A stretch of DNA of 48,987 nucleotides. It comes from a virus. This document shows positions 1-9,466 of the stretch, in pieces. The DNA lies in IMG/VR virus record IMGVR_UViG_3300020202_000018, positions 1 to 48,987 of that record; one strand, 5' to 3'. Each line of letters begins with the position of its first letter. Within the stretch, counting starts at the first letter, position 1. The notes under the pieces were generated by a model. The model searched no databases and was not told the DNA's origin. It saw nothing but the letters and a program-made list of their open reading frames with translations. The position numbers and the translations under genes were made by a program.

Positions 1-127
1 AGGACCAGTAAAATTTACTTCTAGATACGATGCTCCACCAGCTCCCACTGTGTAATGTTGTAAACCACAGAAAGTATTACCGCCAGTGGGGTTAGCAAAC
101 CAAGTTCCAGAACTGTGAAAAGTTCCA
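1..127. repeat. Terminal direct repeat, copy 1. It is identical to 48861..48987. This is the overlap signature of a circular or circularly permuted genome assembly.
   Basis: Read directly: aggaccagtaaaatttacttctagatacg...gaactgtgaaaagttcca occurs at both window ends over 127 nt. Confidence 0.95.
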
Positions 128-405
128 AGGGCACTAAATCCTTTCCACGGTTTTACATCATAAACCGCACACTCTGAGAAACCATTTAATTGTGTAGTAG
201 TATCGTGCCTAAGCCACCATCTAGTCCAATTATAGGTTGATGCGTGCCTCATCCATATATAATATCCGCTACCATCCCTCTGGAAAACAAGAGAGTCAGG
301 TAAACCCATTACACGATTAACATCTGATATATTGGCTTTATAAGCTCTGGACAGTGCTCCTGCCCACGTTCTAGCCCTCCATCTCTTTATGGTTTCTTTT
401 CTCAT
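1..405 (-). CDS. N-terminal 135 codons of a 634-aa tail fibre / receptor-binding-like protein that wraps the contig junction and continues in 47361..48860.
   Basis: ATG at 405..403 overlaps the TAA of the upstream gene (TAATG). My translation MRKETIKRWRARTW...QHYTVGAGGASYLEVNFTGP has no stops. It is in frame with ORF 47361..48908 through the 127-nt repeat. Confidence 0.8.
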   Translation of the reverse strand, partial: MRKETIKRWRARTWAGALSRAYKANISDVNRVMGLPDSLVFQRDGSGYYIWMRHASTYNWTRWWLRHDTTTQLNGFSECAVYDVKPWKGFSALGTFHSSGTWFANPTGGNTFCGLQHYTVGAGGASYLEVNFTGP

Positions 406-785
406 TACACTGCTCGTCCGAAGATATTGTATTCCGGGTCAGGGAGTACCTTGATATAATTACCATAATTATCTTTAAAATCATCAAGTAAATCAGCATC
501 AGTTCCACATTGTGATACATAAAGATCACCGCTGAGAATCCCCTTCACACCCACTGCATTGTTGGGAATTGCCAGTGCATCTGCAAATCCAACTGGATCA
601 TTACTACCATTTCCTAAAGGAACTGTAAGAGTGAAAACGATACTACATTGGTATCCGTCGATATCTACATAGAATCCTTTTAAAGTCTCCGCTCCGTCGT
701 ATCCTAGAAATCTGTAGGAATTCAAAGCCGGTGGACGAGCGGTGATATCAACAAGATTATTAACATAAGAGCTACTACACGACAT
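405..785 (-). CDS. Hypothetical protein in the tail-fibre module
   Basis: 126-aa ORF, tightly packed between fibre genes, with a 1-nt stop/start overlap to the next gene. Confidence 0.6.
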   Translation of the reverse strand: MSCSSSYVNNLVDITARPPALNSYRFLGYDGAETLKGFYVDIDGYQCSIVFTLTVPLGNGSNDPVGFADALAIPNNAVGVKGILSGDLYVSQCGTDADLLDDFKDNYGNYIKVLPDPEYNIFGRAV

Positions 786-797
786 AATAATTATATC

Positions 798-1754
798 CTA
801 AGCTACGGACCAAGTTCCCAAAGATGAAATTGCAAACCATTCAGTTGCATTAATTGCGATAAGAGTTAACGTACTACCTATAGTGGTACTCTCTGCGTAT
901 CCACCAGAACTAGAAATAGAAGTTCCAATTCTAATAGTGTCCCCACTGGCGGCTACGATTCTAATTCCGTCAGAGTCCTGTACAATAAATGTTCTGGTAA
1001 TGCCAGCAGCAGCCGATTCTAAGGTTATAACAGGCTTAACTGTAGTCCCTTCATTAGTAACTACTTTGTACCTATCTGTTGCAGTTTCAGTCTTATCCGC
1101 TACAACTGGAAGAATTGTAGCTAATGGGGGAAGAAGTAATTTGTATCCATTCCCGCTTCCACTCCAAAGATATTCCCCAGCCAAAGTTTTAGTAATCATT
1201 AGCAATCCATTTGGAGGAGTGTCTAATGGTTCTGCTAGATCGGCAGTCTCTCGGTAGACTAACCCACCTTTAATGTAACAAACTCCAGAAGTATCTACAC
1301 TAGTTACTCCACTACCATCTGTAATAGCAATTCCTAGAAGTATAGCACCTCCAGCTGGTGGAGTAGTTGTTAGAGTAACTTCTACAGTCTTATCCTTCTT
1401 AAACCAAACATAATTTGTTTGGCTAGCTGTGACAACTGCTGTAGTAGAAGTTTTTAGTTGGCATACTCCACCGATAAGCGCACCACCGGCTGCAATATTT
1501 ACTTGCAGGCCGGACCCAGCGCTGACAGTTAATCCGTGGACAATACCCATATGTCCACCACCATACTGACTGTTTACATCTAGATAGGCAGCATTAAAAT
1601 TAAATTGTGCTACCCAAGTAGTGGCTTTCTGTAGAATAGTCTTTGCAGTTATAAGAGATGGGACGCTTAATGAAACTAAATAGTCTTGAAGATACGTTGA
1701 ATAACTCCAAACCTGTGGAGCTGGAACCTGTGTAGCTAACTTAGTAACTGGCAT
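798..1754 (-). CDS. Putative tail fibre protein
   Basis: 318 aa, rich in G/S/T/A beta-type sequence. Position lies between the large tail proteins. ATG overlaps the upstream stop. Confidence 0.5.
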   Translation of the reverse strand: MPVTKLATQVPAPQVWSYSTYLQDYLVSLSVPSLITAKTILQKATTWVAQFNFNAAYLDVNSQYGGGHMGIVHGLTVSAGSGLQVNIAAGGALIGGVCQLKTSTTAVVTASQTNYVWFKKDKTVEVTLTTTPPAGGAILLGIAITDGSGVTSVDTSGVCYIKGGLVYRETADLAEPLDTPPNGLLMITKTLAGEYLWSGSGNGYKLLLPPLATILPVVADKTETATDRYKVVTNEGTTVKPVITLESAAAGITRTFIVQDSDGIRIVAASGDTIRIGTSISSSGGYAESTTIGSTLTLIAINATEWFAISSLGTWSVA

Positions 1755-3499
1755 TAATAGACCTCTGTAAACGATTTTCCGCTGTCAGCAGAACTCAAGT
1801 AACTGGGAGCTGTATCACCTGATAGTTTACATGTTAAAATAAACATTCCGTATTCAGTTCCCCAAGATACGTCAAATGATTCGTCTTCAATTTCAATTGG
1901 ATTACCAGAGCTGTCTATTACCTGTTCTTCTGCCGGGATAGACGTCAAACCGCTATTATATCTTATGCAATACAAATAGCCTGGACCTGACGTACCACTA
2001 ATATATTTAAAACACATAAACAAAACGTCTCCATTTTGTTTATTAGTTTCACACTTTATATATTTAGGTGATCCTGTAAATGGAAGTGCTATTTCTGTGC
2101 TCCACGTTGTACCCTGGTTGGTACTTATCTTGTAATTCGGTCCGTCGGCCTCTGAAATATATGACGCATATACTATGCCGTCTTTTGACACACTCAACGA
2201 AAAACTAGTTATATCACCAGTATTTGTTAGTGTGGAATTTGTAATATATTCATCAATTGGAATATTAAAGGTGGAATTAGTTAAATATACATCGTTATCT
2301 GAAATTGCACCTGAATACATATGTCCAAAATAGATATCATGAGTGATAGATGGTTCTAGTATAACAGTGCATTGTGGAAGCGTGGGCCAAGATATTGAGT
2401 AGTCGTAACTGAAGCAGCAAACAGTATTTAAATAAGTGGGGAATGGAGGTTCGCATTCTTCTTCGGCTCCACAAATAGGAGGGGGCTCTAATTCATCCCG
2501 ACAATAAGTAATAGCCTCACCGTACAAATCAATTACATCTACATTACAAAAGGTTTCCAGTTCTGTAGTGGTAGAAGATGTTATATCAGTGTTGTCATTA
2601 CAGGTTATAGTAGTTTCAGTTAGATGGTCAAAAATTTCACTAGTTTCTGGTATGATCTTTACAGTTGGAATACTTTGATGGGTAGTTTCTGTTGTGTACC
2701 AATCTAAAACTGAAGTTCCGCGTATGGTACAAGAACACTCAAATACTCCAACTTCAGTTTTAGTTATTGAATATTCCCAAACGGATGTTAAATTTACCTC
2801 CCAGGAAATTGTTCCCCCTGGGTGTGAAACCGGAGTCCCACAGTCGCATGTAGCAGTAGGGGGAGTTTTAAATGATATATCGTCCGATTGCCATAAAGAA
2901 CCATCCCACCACTGATAACCAATTTCCATTGAAGAGGAAAAAGTTCTTTCTTGTGTAGGTTGTTCATCAAACGTATAAAGACATTCGGACGGACCAACTG
3001 TTGGCTCGACGTACAAACAAGCCGGAATTGGCTGGGCAACATTCGATTGAATATTTCCGTATAATATATCATGCCTAAGATCAAATCCATCTCCAGATTG
3101 ACCATTAGCAGTAATTGTTTTTCTTAAAACCCCACCTATATAAAGTCTCAGTTCCTCAAATCCATACGTAAACCCACACGAAGGGGAAACGGATAGAAAT
3201 TGATCGTCTATTTCAACTAGTATTTCAGTGGGGTTGGACCATCCGCTGTCATTAAATACCTCAGTTCCCCACGGAGTAGTAATAGTAGTTGTAGTTGTAG
3301 CTACATCCAGGGCTGTATTATTTAATATACATTTTACTTCTATTCCAGTTACAGTAGGAGAGTATTCCAACCCCCAAGTTAGTCTAATTATCGCATGGAC
3401 ATTACTTTCATTGTCCCCAGTCTCTGGGGATGAGGTAATGTCCATTTTGTATTTATAGTTCTTAGCCGGTTCGTTTCTATGAACTGCACCTTTAGGCAT
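1754..3499 (-). CDS. Tail / receptor-binding protein with a C-terminal BNR (Asp-box)-like region
   Basis: 581 aa. Near-consensus Asp-boxes STNQGTTW and SADSGKSF lie in the last ~130 residues. The N-terminal half is Thr/Cys-rich. Confidence 0.5.
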   Translation of the reverse strand: MPKGAVHRNEPAKNYKYKMDITSSPETGDNESNVHAIIRLTWGLEYSPTVTGIEVKCILNNTALDVATTTTTITTPWGTEVFNDSGWSNPTEILVEIDDQFLSVSPSCGFTYGFEELRLYIGGVLRKTITANGQSGDGFDLRHDILYGNIQSNVAQPIPACLYVEPTVGPSECLYTFDEQPTQERTFSSSMEIGYQWWDGSLWQSDDISFKTPPTATCDCGTPVSHPGGTISWEVNLTSVWEYSITKTEVGVFECSCTIRGTSVLDWYTTETTHQSIPTVKIIPETSEIFDHLTETTITCNDNTDITSSTTTELETFCNVDVIDLYGEAITYCRDELEPPPICGAEEECEPPFPTYLNTVCCFSYDYSISWPTLPQCTVILEPSITHDIYFGHMYSGAISDNDVYLTNSTFNIPIDEYITNSTLTNTGDITSFSLSVSKDGIVYASYISEADGPNYKISTNQGTTWSTEIALPFTGSPKYIKCETNKQNGDVLFMCFKYISGTSGPGYLYCIRYNSGLTSIPAEEQVIDSSGNPIEIEDESFDVSWGTEYGMFILTCKLSGDTAPSYLSSADSGKSFTEVY

Positions 3500-3688
3500 T
3501 TAGCTACCCGAACATCCACATGGCCTTGTAATTTTAATTTCTTTTGGTGGGAAGGTTGAGTCTAACTCATTAAGAGTTTGAATTGCGGCCACAATTAATT
3601 TACTAACCTCTGTGGCATCCTCCCCACATATAATCAATCTAATTACATTTCCCGACTTTAATTTCTTTTTTACCCTTCTCTTGGTCAT
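3500..3688 (-). CDS. Hypothetical small protein (tail module)
   Basis: 62-aa ORF abutting its neighbours, basic N-terminus. Confidence 0.5.
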   Translation of the reverse strand: MTKRRVKKKLKSGNVIRLIICGEDATEVSKLIVAAIQTLNELDSTFPPKEIKITRPCGCSGS

Positions 3689-3933
3689 AAGATAGGGTTC
3701 CCGTTGTCTGCCGGATCAAAATCTGGAATGTAGTAAAACATGCCAAATGTAGGACTACCTTCTTCATTATCTTGTACCTGAACTGCGTCCAGAGCGGGTA
3801 ACATAAATAACTCTGTAGAATTTTTTAGAAAAAGTAATTGCCTCCCCATAAACGTTCTAACTTCAGCAGTCTGTCCGTGGGTTCTGGCTGCAATTTCTCT
3901 AGTAACCTTGCTTATTGCTTCTAATGATTGCAT
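3685..3933 (-). CDS. Hypothetical protein (tail module)
   Basis: 82-aa ORF with 4-nt and 1-nt overlaps to its neighbours. Confidence 0.55.
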   Translation of the reverse strand: MQSLEAISKVTREIAARTHGQTAEVRTFMGRQLLFLKNSTELFMLPALDAVQVQDNEEGSPTFGMFYYIPDFDPADNGNPIL

Positions 3934-6593
3934 TATACTCTCGGTGCCTCCAATTCATACATTGCATATTGAACACCATCTTTTTCGTAGTCAGGATTAA
4001 CATTTCTAACGAGCCATTCTGTTCCATCTACATATACGGGATCATAATATCTTAGCATTCTTTTCTTAGCCGGGTTGGATTCGTGCTCTATAAATACTAT
4101 TGGTGCTCTAAATGTTAATATTTTCCTTGCATAGAAAGTCAGGTCCGCGATTCTCCTGGCTAGAGCAGCTAGTGCAGCCTTAATTTGTGACTCATCTCCT
4201 GCTGATCCTAATGCTGGATCAATTACATATATAGCTTTTTTCCTTCCTATATAGTCGGGATTATCAGTGGGAGTGGCAGTAGGACCGAAGCTATTGTGGT
4301 TAATTAGTGGTTCTGTTACACACAATTGTGGAACATCTGAATTAAACAATCCAATAGTAGCTACTATTAACCAGTTAGCTTCTGGAGCTATAACGTTAGA
4401 CTGCATGCTCCCACCTTCAATTGGGAATACGGGGACCCCATCAGTTCCTAGTCCAGAATAAGCTGGAAGATAGTGGGTTAGTAGGATTGGGGGACTCCCA
4501 CCTATTCTTTCAGCGTGTAAATCAGATGGAGATTTCGTAGTAAATTCGGCAACTTTAGTATATGGTGAACTGGGAACTGGAATCAGTCTCCATTTATTAA
4601 CATCGTCATCGTAGATTAAAAAATGTGCAAGATAATCACGGGCTAAGGATTTTACAACACTGCCGCTTTTCTCAAGCATATCAATGGTTTGAGAAAAATC
4701 TAATTCAGATACACTAGAAAAGTGAATCCCAGTGTCAGGAAAGTCGAACTCAGTATTATAAGCCCACCCACAATTTGAAATTGTTTTTCTAATAAACTTG
4801 CCAACTTCAAAGGGTAACCCAGTTTCGTGGTCAATTAGACTTAGGACAGGAGTACCTACAAAACTTTCATCGAGAACCTGAAACAAGGAGTTACATTTTA
4901 CATCATACAAACTCCAGCTCTGAACTGGAAATGTATCAGTCCCGCTCCTCTTTAAATATCTAAAAGAACTTTCAGCTATACCCCTAAAAAGTGAAACTCT
5001 TTTTGATGTGTCAGTAGAATCGTATTCAGACTCAATTCTAATATGTAAAGAGGCTCTGGTTCTAAGTTCATCTAGGGAATTTAATGGATCAGCAATTAAA
5101 ACAGTTGCTGTATTTTGGTCCATAATCCTTTCAGCGCCTCTAATGTTTATATTTACGCTGTAAGATTTTGGATGGTCTTCATCACCAATTTCCCAAGGAG
5201 TTGCAGCACCGGAAAGAATTACACCATCCCTATGAAGGTTCCATCCTCTAAAAATAGGCGTTCTGGACCCATTGCTCTGTAAAACAATGCGTACATAAAA
5301 TTTAGTAACTCCGGGTGGGACTCTATATACTTTTTTATGGGAAGCAGAAGATAAGACAGTTAATTCTGTATTATTATCTGCCCTCATAAGTCTTAATGTA
5401 GCACTACACCCCACTGGAACGCAGTCATCCCACGTTAAAGTAAATGGGAAGTTGTCTCCATAGTCACCCGGCCTAAAGGGAACCACAAAAAATGTATCAT
5501 CCGCAGAGACTTCATTAGATGGGTATCTAAACCAAGCTACCGCAAACGTTCCCATAAGAGTACGACGAATGTCTACTCGTACCTTTGTATTTGTAGTGGG
5601 AGTGGTACCATCGCCGGGAACTCTATAGTGATACTTTTTATTATGGTGTGAGGAAACGTCTTTACTTGCTGGTCCAATAAGAACATTAGTATTGGTAATT
5701 CCTTCTTGGTTATAATTGTCAGCAGGGAACTCACAGAAATCAAATTTAAGATATCCTCCGCTACCATCTGTGGGTCCAACACATTCTTTAGACTTATATA
5801 CTCTAAGCCAAATAATTCCAGCTAGTCCCATCTTCAAGTGGGTGGGAATTACTGCCCTCTTAATCCACCCATTAGCACTATTTTCAAATAGTACAGACGG
5901 ACGAGAAAGAAATACTGTTAGGCAATACTGTCCATTTCCAGTCCCGTTTTTGTCTTTACCAGCGGGACCGTTAAAATAACATCTGGCAATTAAACCATTA
6001 GTGGTTAGAATACTGCCGTAAGTTGATATATAGAACAAGACAGGTGTTTCGGGATTGTCATTTGCAAAACTAACAAAGACCCTATCTAGCGGAATTGTAT
6101 CATTGAGTCCATATGGATTATCGGCTCCAGTAGTGGGAGGAGGAAAGGCAGCCTGATCCCCACTTAAATTATTGGTATTGAAATCGGTTCCTGCTGGAAC
6201 AGATTTTTCATAACCAACAAATCCTTGGGTGGCCAGATTAGACGATCCAGTGGTTCCAGTTGGCATCTCGGAACTTAATGGTGCTCTAAATAGATAACGC
6301 TCCCTAAAAAACGGTGCTACCGAAGCTGAACCACCTGATACCGACAGCCAATAACTTTGAGCCTCAGTTCTTTCAACTACAGTGTCAAGAGATTCGTGAA
6401 AAGCCCTAATTCCCCATCCTGAATCATAGGCTAGCTGGTTGAACCCAGCACCACCATCTTTAAACATTGCATTGGCTGGCCTACCGTAATCAAATGTAGG
6501 CTCCGCAATGTAACTGTTAGAAATATCAAAGAAAACATGGGTGCGCCTCCCCGGAGTAGCACCCATTACCTGACTTCCACCAAAATTTCCCAT
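3933..6593 (-). CDS. Large tail tip / baseplate-like structural protein
   Basis: 886 aa, immediately downstream of the tape measure gene. This is the usual position of distal tail/tip proteins in siphoviruses. Confidence 0.5.
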   Translation of the reverse strand: MGNFGGSQVMGATPGRRTHVFFDISNSYIAEPTFDYGRPANAMFKDGGAGFNQLAYDSGWGIRAFHESLDTVVERTEAQSYWLSVSGGSASVAPFFRERYLFRAPLSSEMPTGTTGSSNLATQGFVGYEKSVPAGTDFNTNNLSGDQAAFPPPTTGADNPYGLNDTIPLDRVFVSFANDNPETPVLFYISTYGSILTTNGLIARCYFNGPAGKDKNGTGNGQYCLTVFLSRPSVLFENSANGWIKRAVIPTHLKMGLAGIIWLRVYKSKECVGPTDGSGGYLKFDFCEFPADNYNQEGITNTNVLIGPASKDVSSHHNKKYHYRVPGDGTTPTTNTKVRVDIRRTLMGTFAVAWFRYPSNEVSADDTFFVVPFRPGDYGDNFPFTLTWDDCVPVGCSATLRLMRADNNTELTVLSSASHKKVYRVPPGVTKFYVRIVLQSNGSRTPIFRGWNLHRDGVILSGAATPWEIGDEDHPKSYSVNINIRGAERIMDQNTATVLIADPLNSLDELRTRASLHIRIESEYDSTDTSKRVSLFRGIAESSFRYLKRSGTDTFPVQSWSLYDVKCNSLFQVLDESFVGTPVLSLIDHETGLPFEVGKFIRKTISNCGWAYNTEFDFPDTGIHFSSVSELDFSQTIDMLEKSGSVVKSLARDYLAHFLIYDDDVNKWRLIPVPSSPYTKVAEFTTKSPSDLHAERIGGSPPILLTHYLPAYSGLGTDGVPVFPIEGGSMQSNVIAPEANWLIVATIGLFNSDVPQLCVTEPLINHNSFGPTATPTDNPDYIGRKKAIYVIDPALGSAGDESQIKAALAALARRIADLTFYARKILTFRAPIVFIEHESNPAKKRMLRYYDPVYVDGTEWLVRNVNPDYEKDGVQYAMYELEAPRV

Positions 6594-7813
6594 TAGAAAG
6601 AAAATGCTCCTAGGTCTCTAGCTCTTTCTATAAGTTCTTGCTGATTCCCATAGAATCTCCATGCTTTAGGAACCGGATTCTGGGCTCTTTGACCACCTCC
6701 AAATGTTCCCAATTTATCGGAGAATTTATCTATACCATCGTTAAATTTGTTTGCTGCATTGTCCATTTTATCAGCTACATTAAATATTTTAGACAGTAAC
6801 TGGTGTATTAGACTAACTCCTGCATTAAACAAATTTATAGCCAATGTAAAATTTTGTACTCCGTGACTAAACAAAAGGATGATGGGGGACATGGAAATCA
6901 ATAGATTTTCAATTGCTAATTTAAACTGCCCAACGGACAATTGAAATTGACCAGAAACAAATCTATTGAATGCACCATCATTATCTCCAGTGGGGGAGAT
7001 AGCTTTCTTAAATTCAGAGTCACTTAAATCTCTTACCGGCAGAAACCTTTCTAATCCTCTTGATCTAGCAAATTGTGCAGCAGCTCTATCATCATTAATA
7101 GATCTGAGAGCTTTAATCTCTTCTATTAACTGGTAACCGAATCCAGATTTACCAGATGCCGCAGATGCAATTTCGTCATTCGGAATATTTAGAGAGGCAC
7201 CTAAGTTTCTCAATCTTCTAGCATCGGATTCCCTACCACCACTAGAATAGTAAAGATGAGCAATAGATTTAAATGCCTCAGATGCACTTTGTATAGATTT
7301 AAGAAGGATAGCGATACCAGCAATCAATAATGTTACTCCGGCGGCTAAACCCAGTATACCTAACCTGAAATTAGAAAGAAATGACGCCCATCTACTTGGG
7401 GCATTTATAGGCATTGCGATCTGGTTCTGGTTAGATGGAGATTGTGGATTCAGTTTATGATTTTGAAGCCATTTTTTAAATGCATCCCCTATTACTCTAG
7501 CAACGGCGCTAGCAAATAAAGCCTGAAAATTACCCATTATTCCCTGTGTAGCGAATGGGACAACTTCATTTATATTTGGATTGTTTGAATTACTAGGTCT
7601 ACCCGCACCTCTACCTCCACCCCCACTTCTAACGGGTGGGGGACGGAGGGATTGTACTGCTTTTTGAATCTGTGTAGAGGCATTGGAAATTCGGTTAGCT
7701 GCACTAGCAAAACCATTATCCAATCTTCTTAGAGCCGCATTTAGGGCCTGAATTGATTGGATCATTTGACTAACACCTTTAAGTGTTAGATTAAGTGTCA
7801 TCTGGTTCGCCAT
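6593..7813 (-). CDS. Tail tape measure protein (short, 406 aa)
   Basis: Follows the chaperone pair. Alpha-helical and Gly-rich (GGGGRGAGRP), with a hydrophobic segment GILGLAAGVTLLIAGIAILL. Confidence 0.6.
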   Translation of the reverse strand: MANQMTLNLTLKGVSQMIQSIQALNAALRRLDNGFASAANRISNASTQIQKAVQSLRPPPVRSGGGGRGAGRPSNSNNPNINEVVPFATQGIMGNFQALFASAVARVIGDAFKKWLQNHKLNPQSPSNQNQIAMPINAPSRWASFLSNFRLGILGLAAGVTLLIAGIAILLKSIQSASEAFKSIAHLYYSSGGRESDARRLRNLGASLNIPNDEIASAASGKSGFGYQLIEEIKALRSINDDRAAAQFARSRGLERFLPVRDLSDSEFKKAISPTGDNDGAFNRFVSGQFQLSVGQFKLAIENLLISMSPIILLFSHGVQNFTLAINLFNAGVSLIHQLLSKIFNVADKMDNAANKFNDGIDKFSDKLGTFGGGQRAQNPVPKAWRFYGNQQELIERARDLGAFSF

Positions 7814-8425
7814 TAGTTACTCCAAATTTCAAAAACTCTCTAGCAACAAATACAGACTCATCTAACCATTTATACCCTAGAGGCGGTATATATTGTCCCT
7901 CTTTGCCCAGTAAAATATTATTTATTGAGCAAAGTAAAGCATCTAGTCGTGCGTCAAGCTCAGGGTGGCGGTGATTATAACGTATATAGCTAGCTACTAC
8001 GGAATAATAACCGCTCCAGTAGGGTTTTCTACTTGACTTACAAACTTTTCAGTGAGTTGTTTAATCCTCCCAATAACTGGGAGCATTCCCTCTGTCATGG
8101 TTTCAAATAGGATTAGAAACTCTTCAACTGAATATACCGGTTCTTTTTGAAGAACGTGCATTGCACAAGCCAGTGACATAGATTCTTCATTAAAGGGGAT
8201 TTCCCTCCCATCGGCAAATGGCATGCCTGGAGTCTCTTCATTTGGAACTGGCTTATAATATTCTACCTTTTGCTGAGTCAGAGTTCCGATCTCCAACATT
8301 TTGGTCATTGTAGGACCATCAAAATGAAGCTCTAGTGAAACATTTGGGTTGGAGTTATCTTCTACTCTGAAAGAAAGTCCAGTAAATACTGGCCGTTTAA
8401 GTGACCAAACATCAATTTTATTCAT
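7791..8425 (-). CDS. Putative -1 frameshift extension product of the tail chaperone (gpGT-like)
   Basis: The -1 frame opens right after a TGA at ~8050. It stays open for ~84 codons to TAA at 7793..7791. A candidate A_AAG slip site lies at 8048..8044. Confidence 0.35.
7997..8425 (-). CDS. Tail assembly chaperone (gpG-like)
   Basis: 142 aa, between the tube-like gene and the tape measure. An open -1 frame follows its 3' end. Confidence 0.5.
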   Translation of the reverse strand: MNKIDVWSLKRPVFTGLSFRVEDNSNPNVSLELHFDGPTMTKMLEIGTLTQQKVEYYKPVPNEETPGMPFADGREIPFNEESMSLACAMHVLQKEPVYSVEEFLILFETMTEGMLPVIGRIKQLTEKFVSQVENPTGAVIIP

Positions 8426-8883
8426 TAGGTGTATGTAATTGGAGAGTCAGTTCCGACGTCAATCGGCTCAAGTTCAAAAGTAGCGTTAACACCGCCTTTA
8501 CCTGGAGAGTCCATTTCATATTGCCCAAGGACCCCAAAACCTACAAATGTATTTCCACCTCTAATCAGAGTATACTTCCAATAAGTAGCTCCAAACGCTT
8601 GTGCTGCCGCAAGATTAGAATTTGCATTAGACTTCTCCATCTCTTGCAATCTAAGTCTAGTGCCCTGAGAAATAGGAACCATATTATCATATGGTCTATT
8701 TTGGGCAGAAAGTTCCTCGTGGTTATACCTAACAACCAAGTTAATTGAACGGGTATGTCCAAAGAACTGTGCAGTGGGAGTAGTATCAGAGAGTGCACCA
8801 GTAGTAGAATTTACTGTTTGTGGTGTAAGAAGAACTGACGTAATGTGTTTACCAATAGCCCACAGTGGAATGGTAGCAGCCAT
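8425..8883 (-). CDS. Putative major tail tube protein
   Basis: 152 aa, GGAGG SD upstream. Position is directly before the chaperone/tape-measure genes. Confidence 0.45.
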   Translation of the reverse strand: MAATIPLWAIGKHITSVLLTPQTVNSTTGALSDTTPTAQFFGHTRSINLVVRYNHEELSAQNRPYDNMVPISQGTRLRLQEMEKSNANSNLAAAQAFGATYWKYTLIRGGNTFVGFGVLGQYEMDSPGKGGVNATFELEPIDVGTDSPITYT

Positions 8884-9042
8884 TTATTTATCCTCCCAAT
8901 CTTTAATTGGGGTATCGTCTGACACGATTTCGTGGTATTCAGTTACAAGAGATTCTTCGATTTCGATAATTCTTTCTTGATCTTTATACGGTCCACCAAA
9001 TTGACCAACTTTTCTAGTTTCTCTACATTTGACCAATGGCAT
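8884..9042 (-). CDS. Possible small acidic ORF (52 aa), not in the ORF track
   Basis: My translation is MPLVKCRETRKVGQFGGPYKDQERIIEIEESLVTEYHEIVSDDTPIKDWEDK. It fills the 139-nt gap and stops 1 nt before the tube gene ATG. Confidence 0.3.
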   Translation of the reverse strand: MPLVKCRETRKVGQFGGPYKDQERIIEIEESLVTEYHEIVSDDTPIKDWEDK

Positions 9043-9466
9043 TTCTTACTCCTTTTGCAAGATTTCTTTCTCTCCAATAGTTAGTGTTGTGCATAATTGA
9101 CCTAATTAGTGGGCGTGGAATTGTCAGTCCTTTAATTCCCATTGCTAGTTCATCCGCATATGGGGAATTGTTATAAATTTGACTGTTAATACTACCGCCG
9201 GCCAGTTTTGGGTCCTTCTTATTCCACCCAAAATAAAAGTTGGAGGTTTGTACATTAATCATAGAAGGGTCACCATACGGAACACCCACTCCCCCTTTCC
9301 TTTCTGCATATGGGTGACCCAATTTTATTAGCTTGGCTCTTTTATACTTGCCCCCTGATTTTTTGTATGCCTGCATAAGAGCGTAGTTAACGGTTAATTC
9401 TTCTGCATCTACCAAGTGCCTAAGCAGAATACTAACATCCAATTCTCCATTCTGACTTCTAGGCAA
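9023..9466 (-). CDS. Head-tail joining protein, HK97 gp10-like
   Basis: 147 aa in the connector module. The IPRPLIRS segment resembles the RPF/L motif of the gp10 family. Confidence 0.4.
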   Translation of the reverse strand: MPRSQNGELDVSILLRHLVDAEELTVNYALMQAYKKSGGKYKRAKLIKLGHPYAERKGGVGVPYGDPSMINVQTSNFYFGWNKKDPKLAGGSINSQIYNNSPYADELAMGIKGLTIPRPLIRSIMHNTNYWRERNLAKGVRNAIGQM

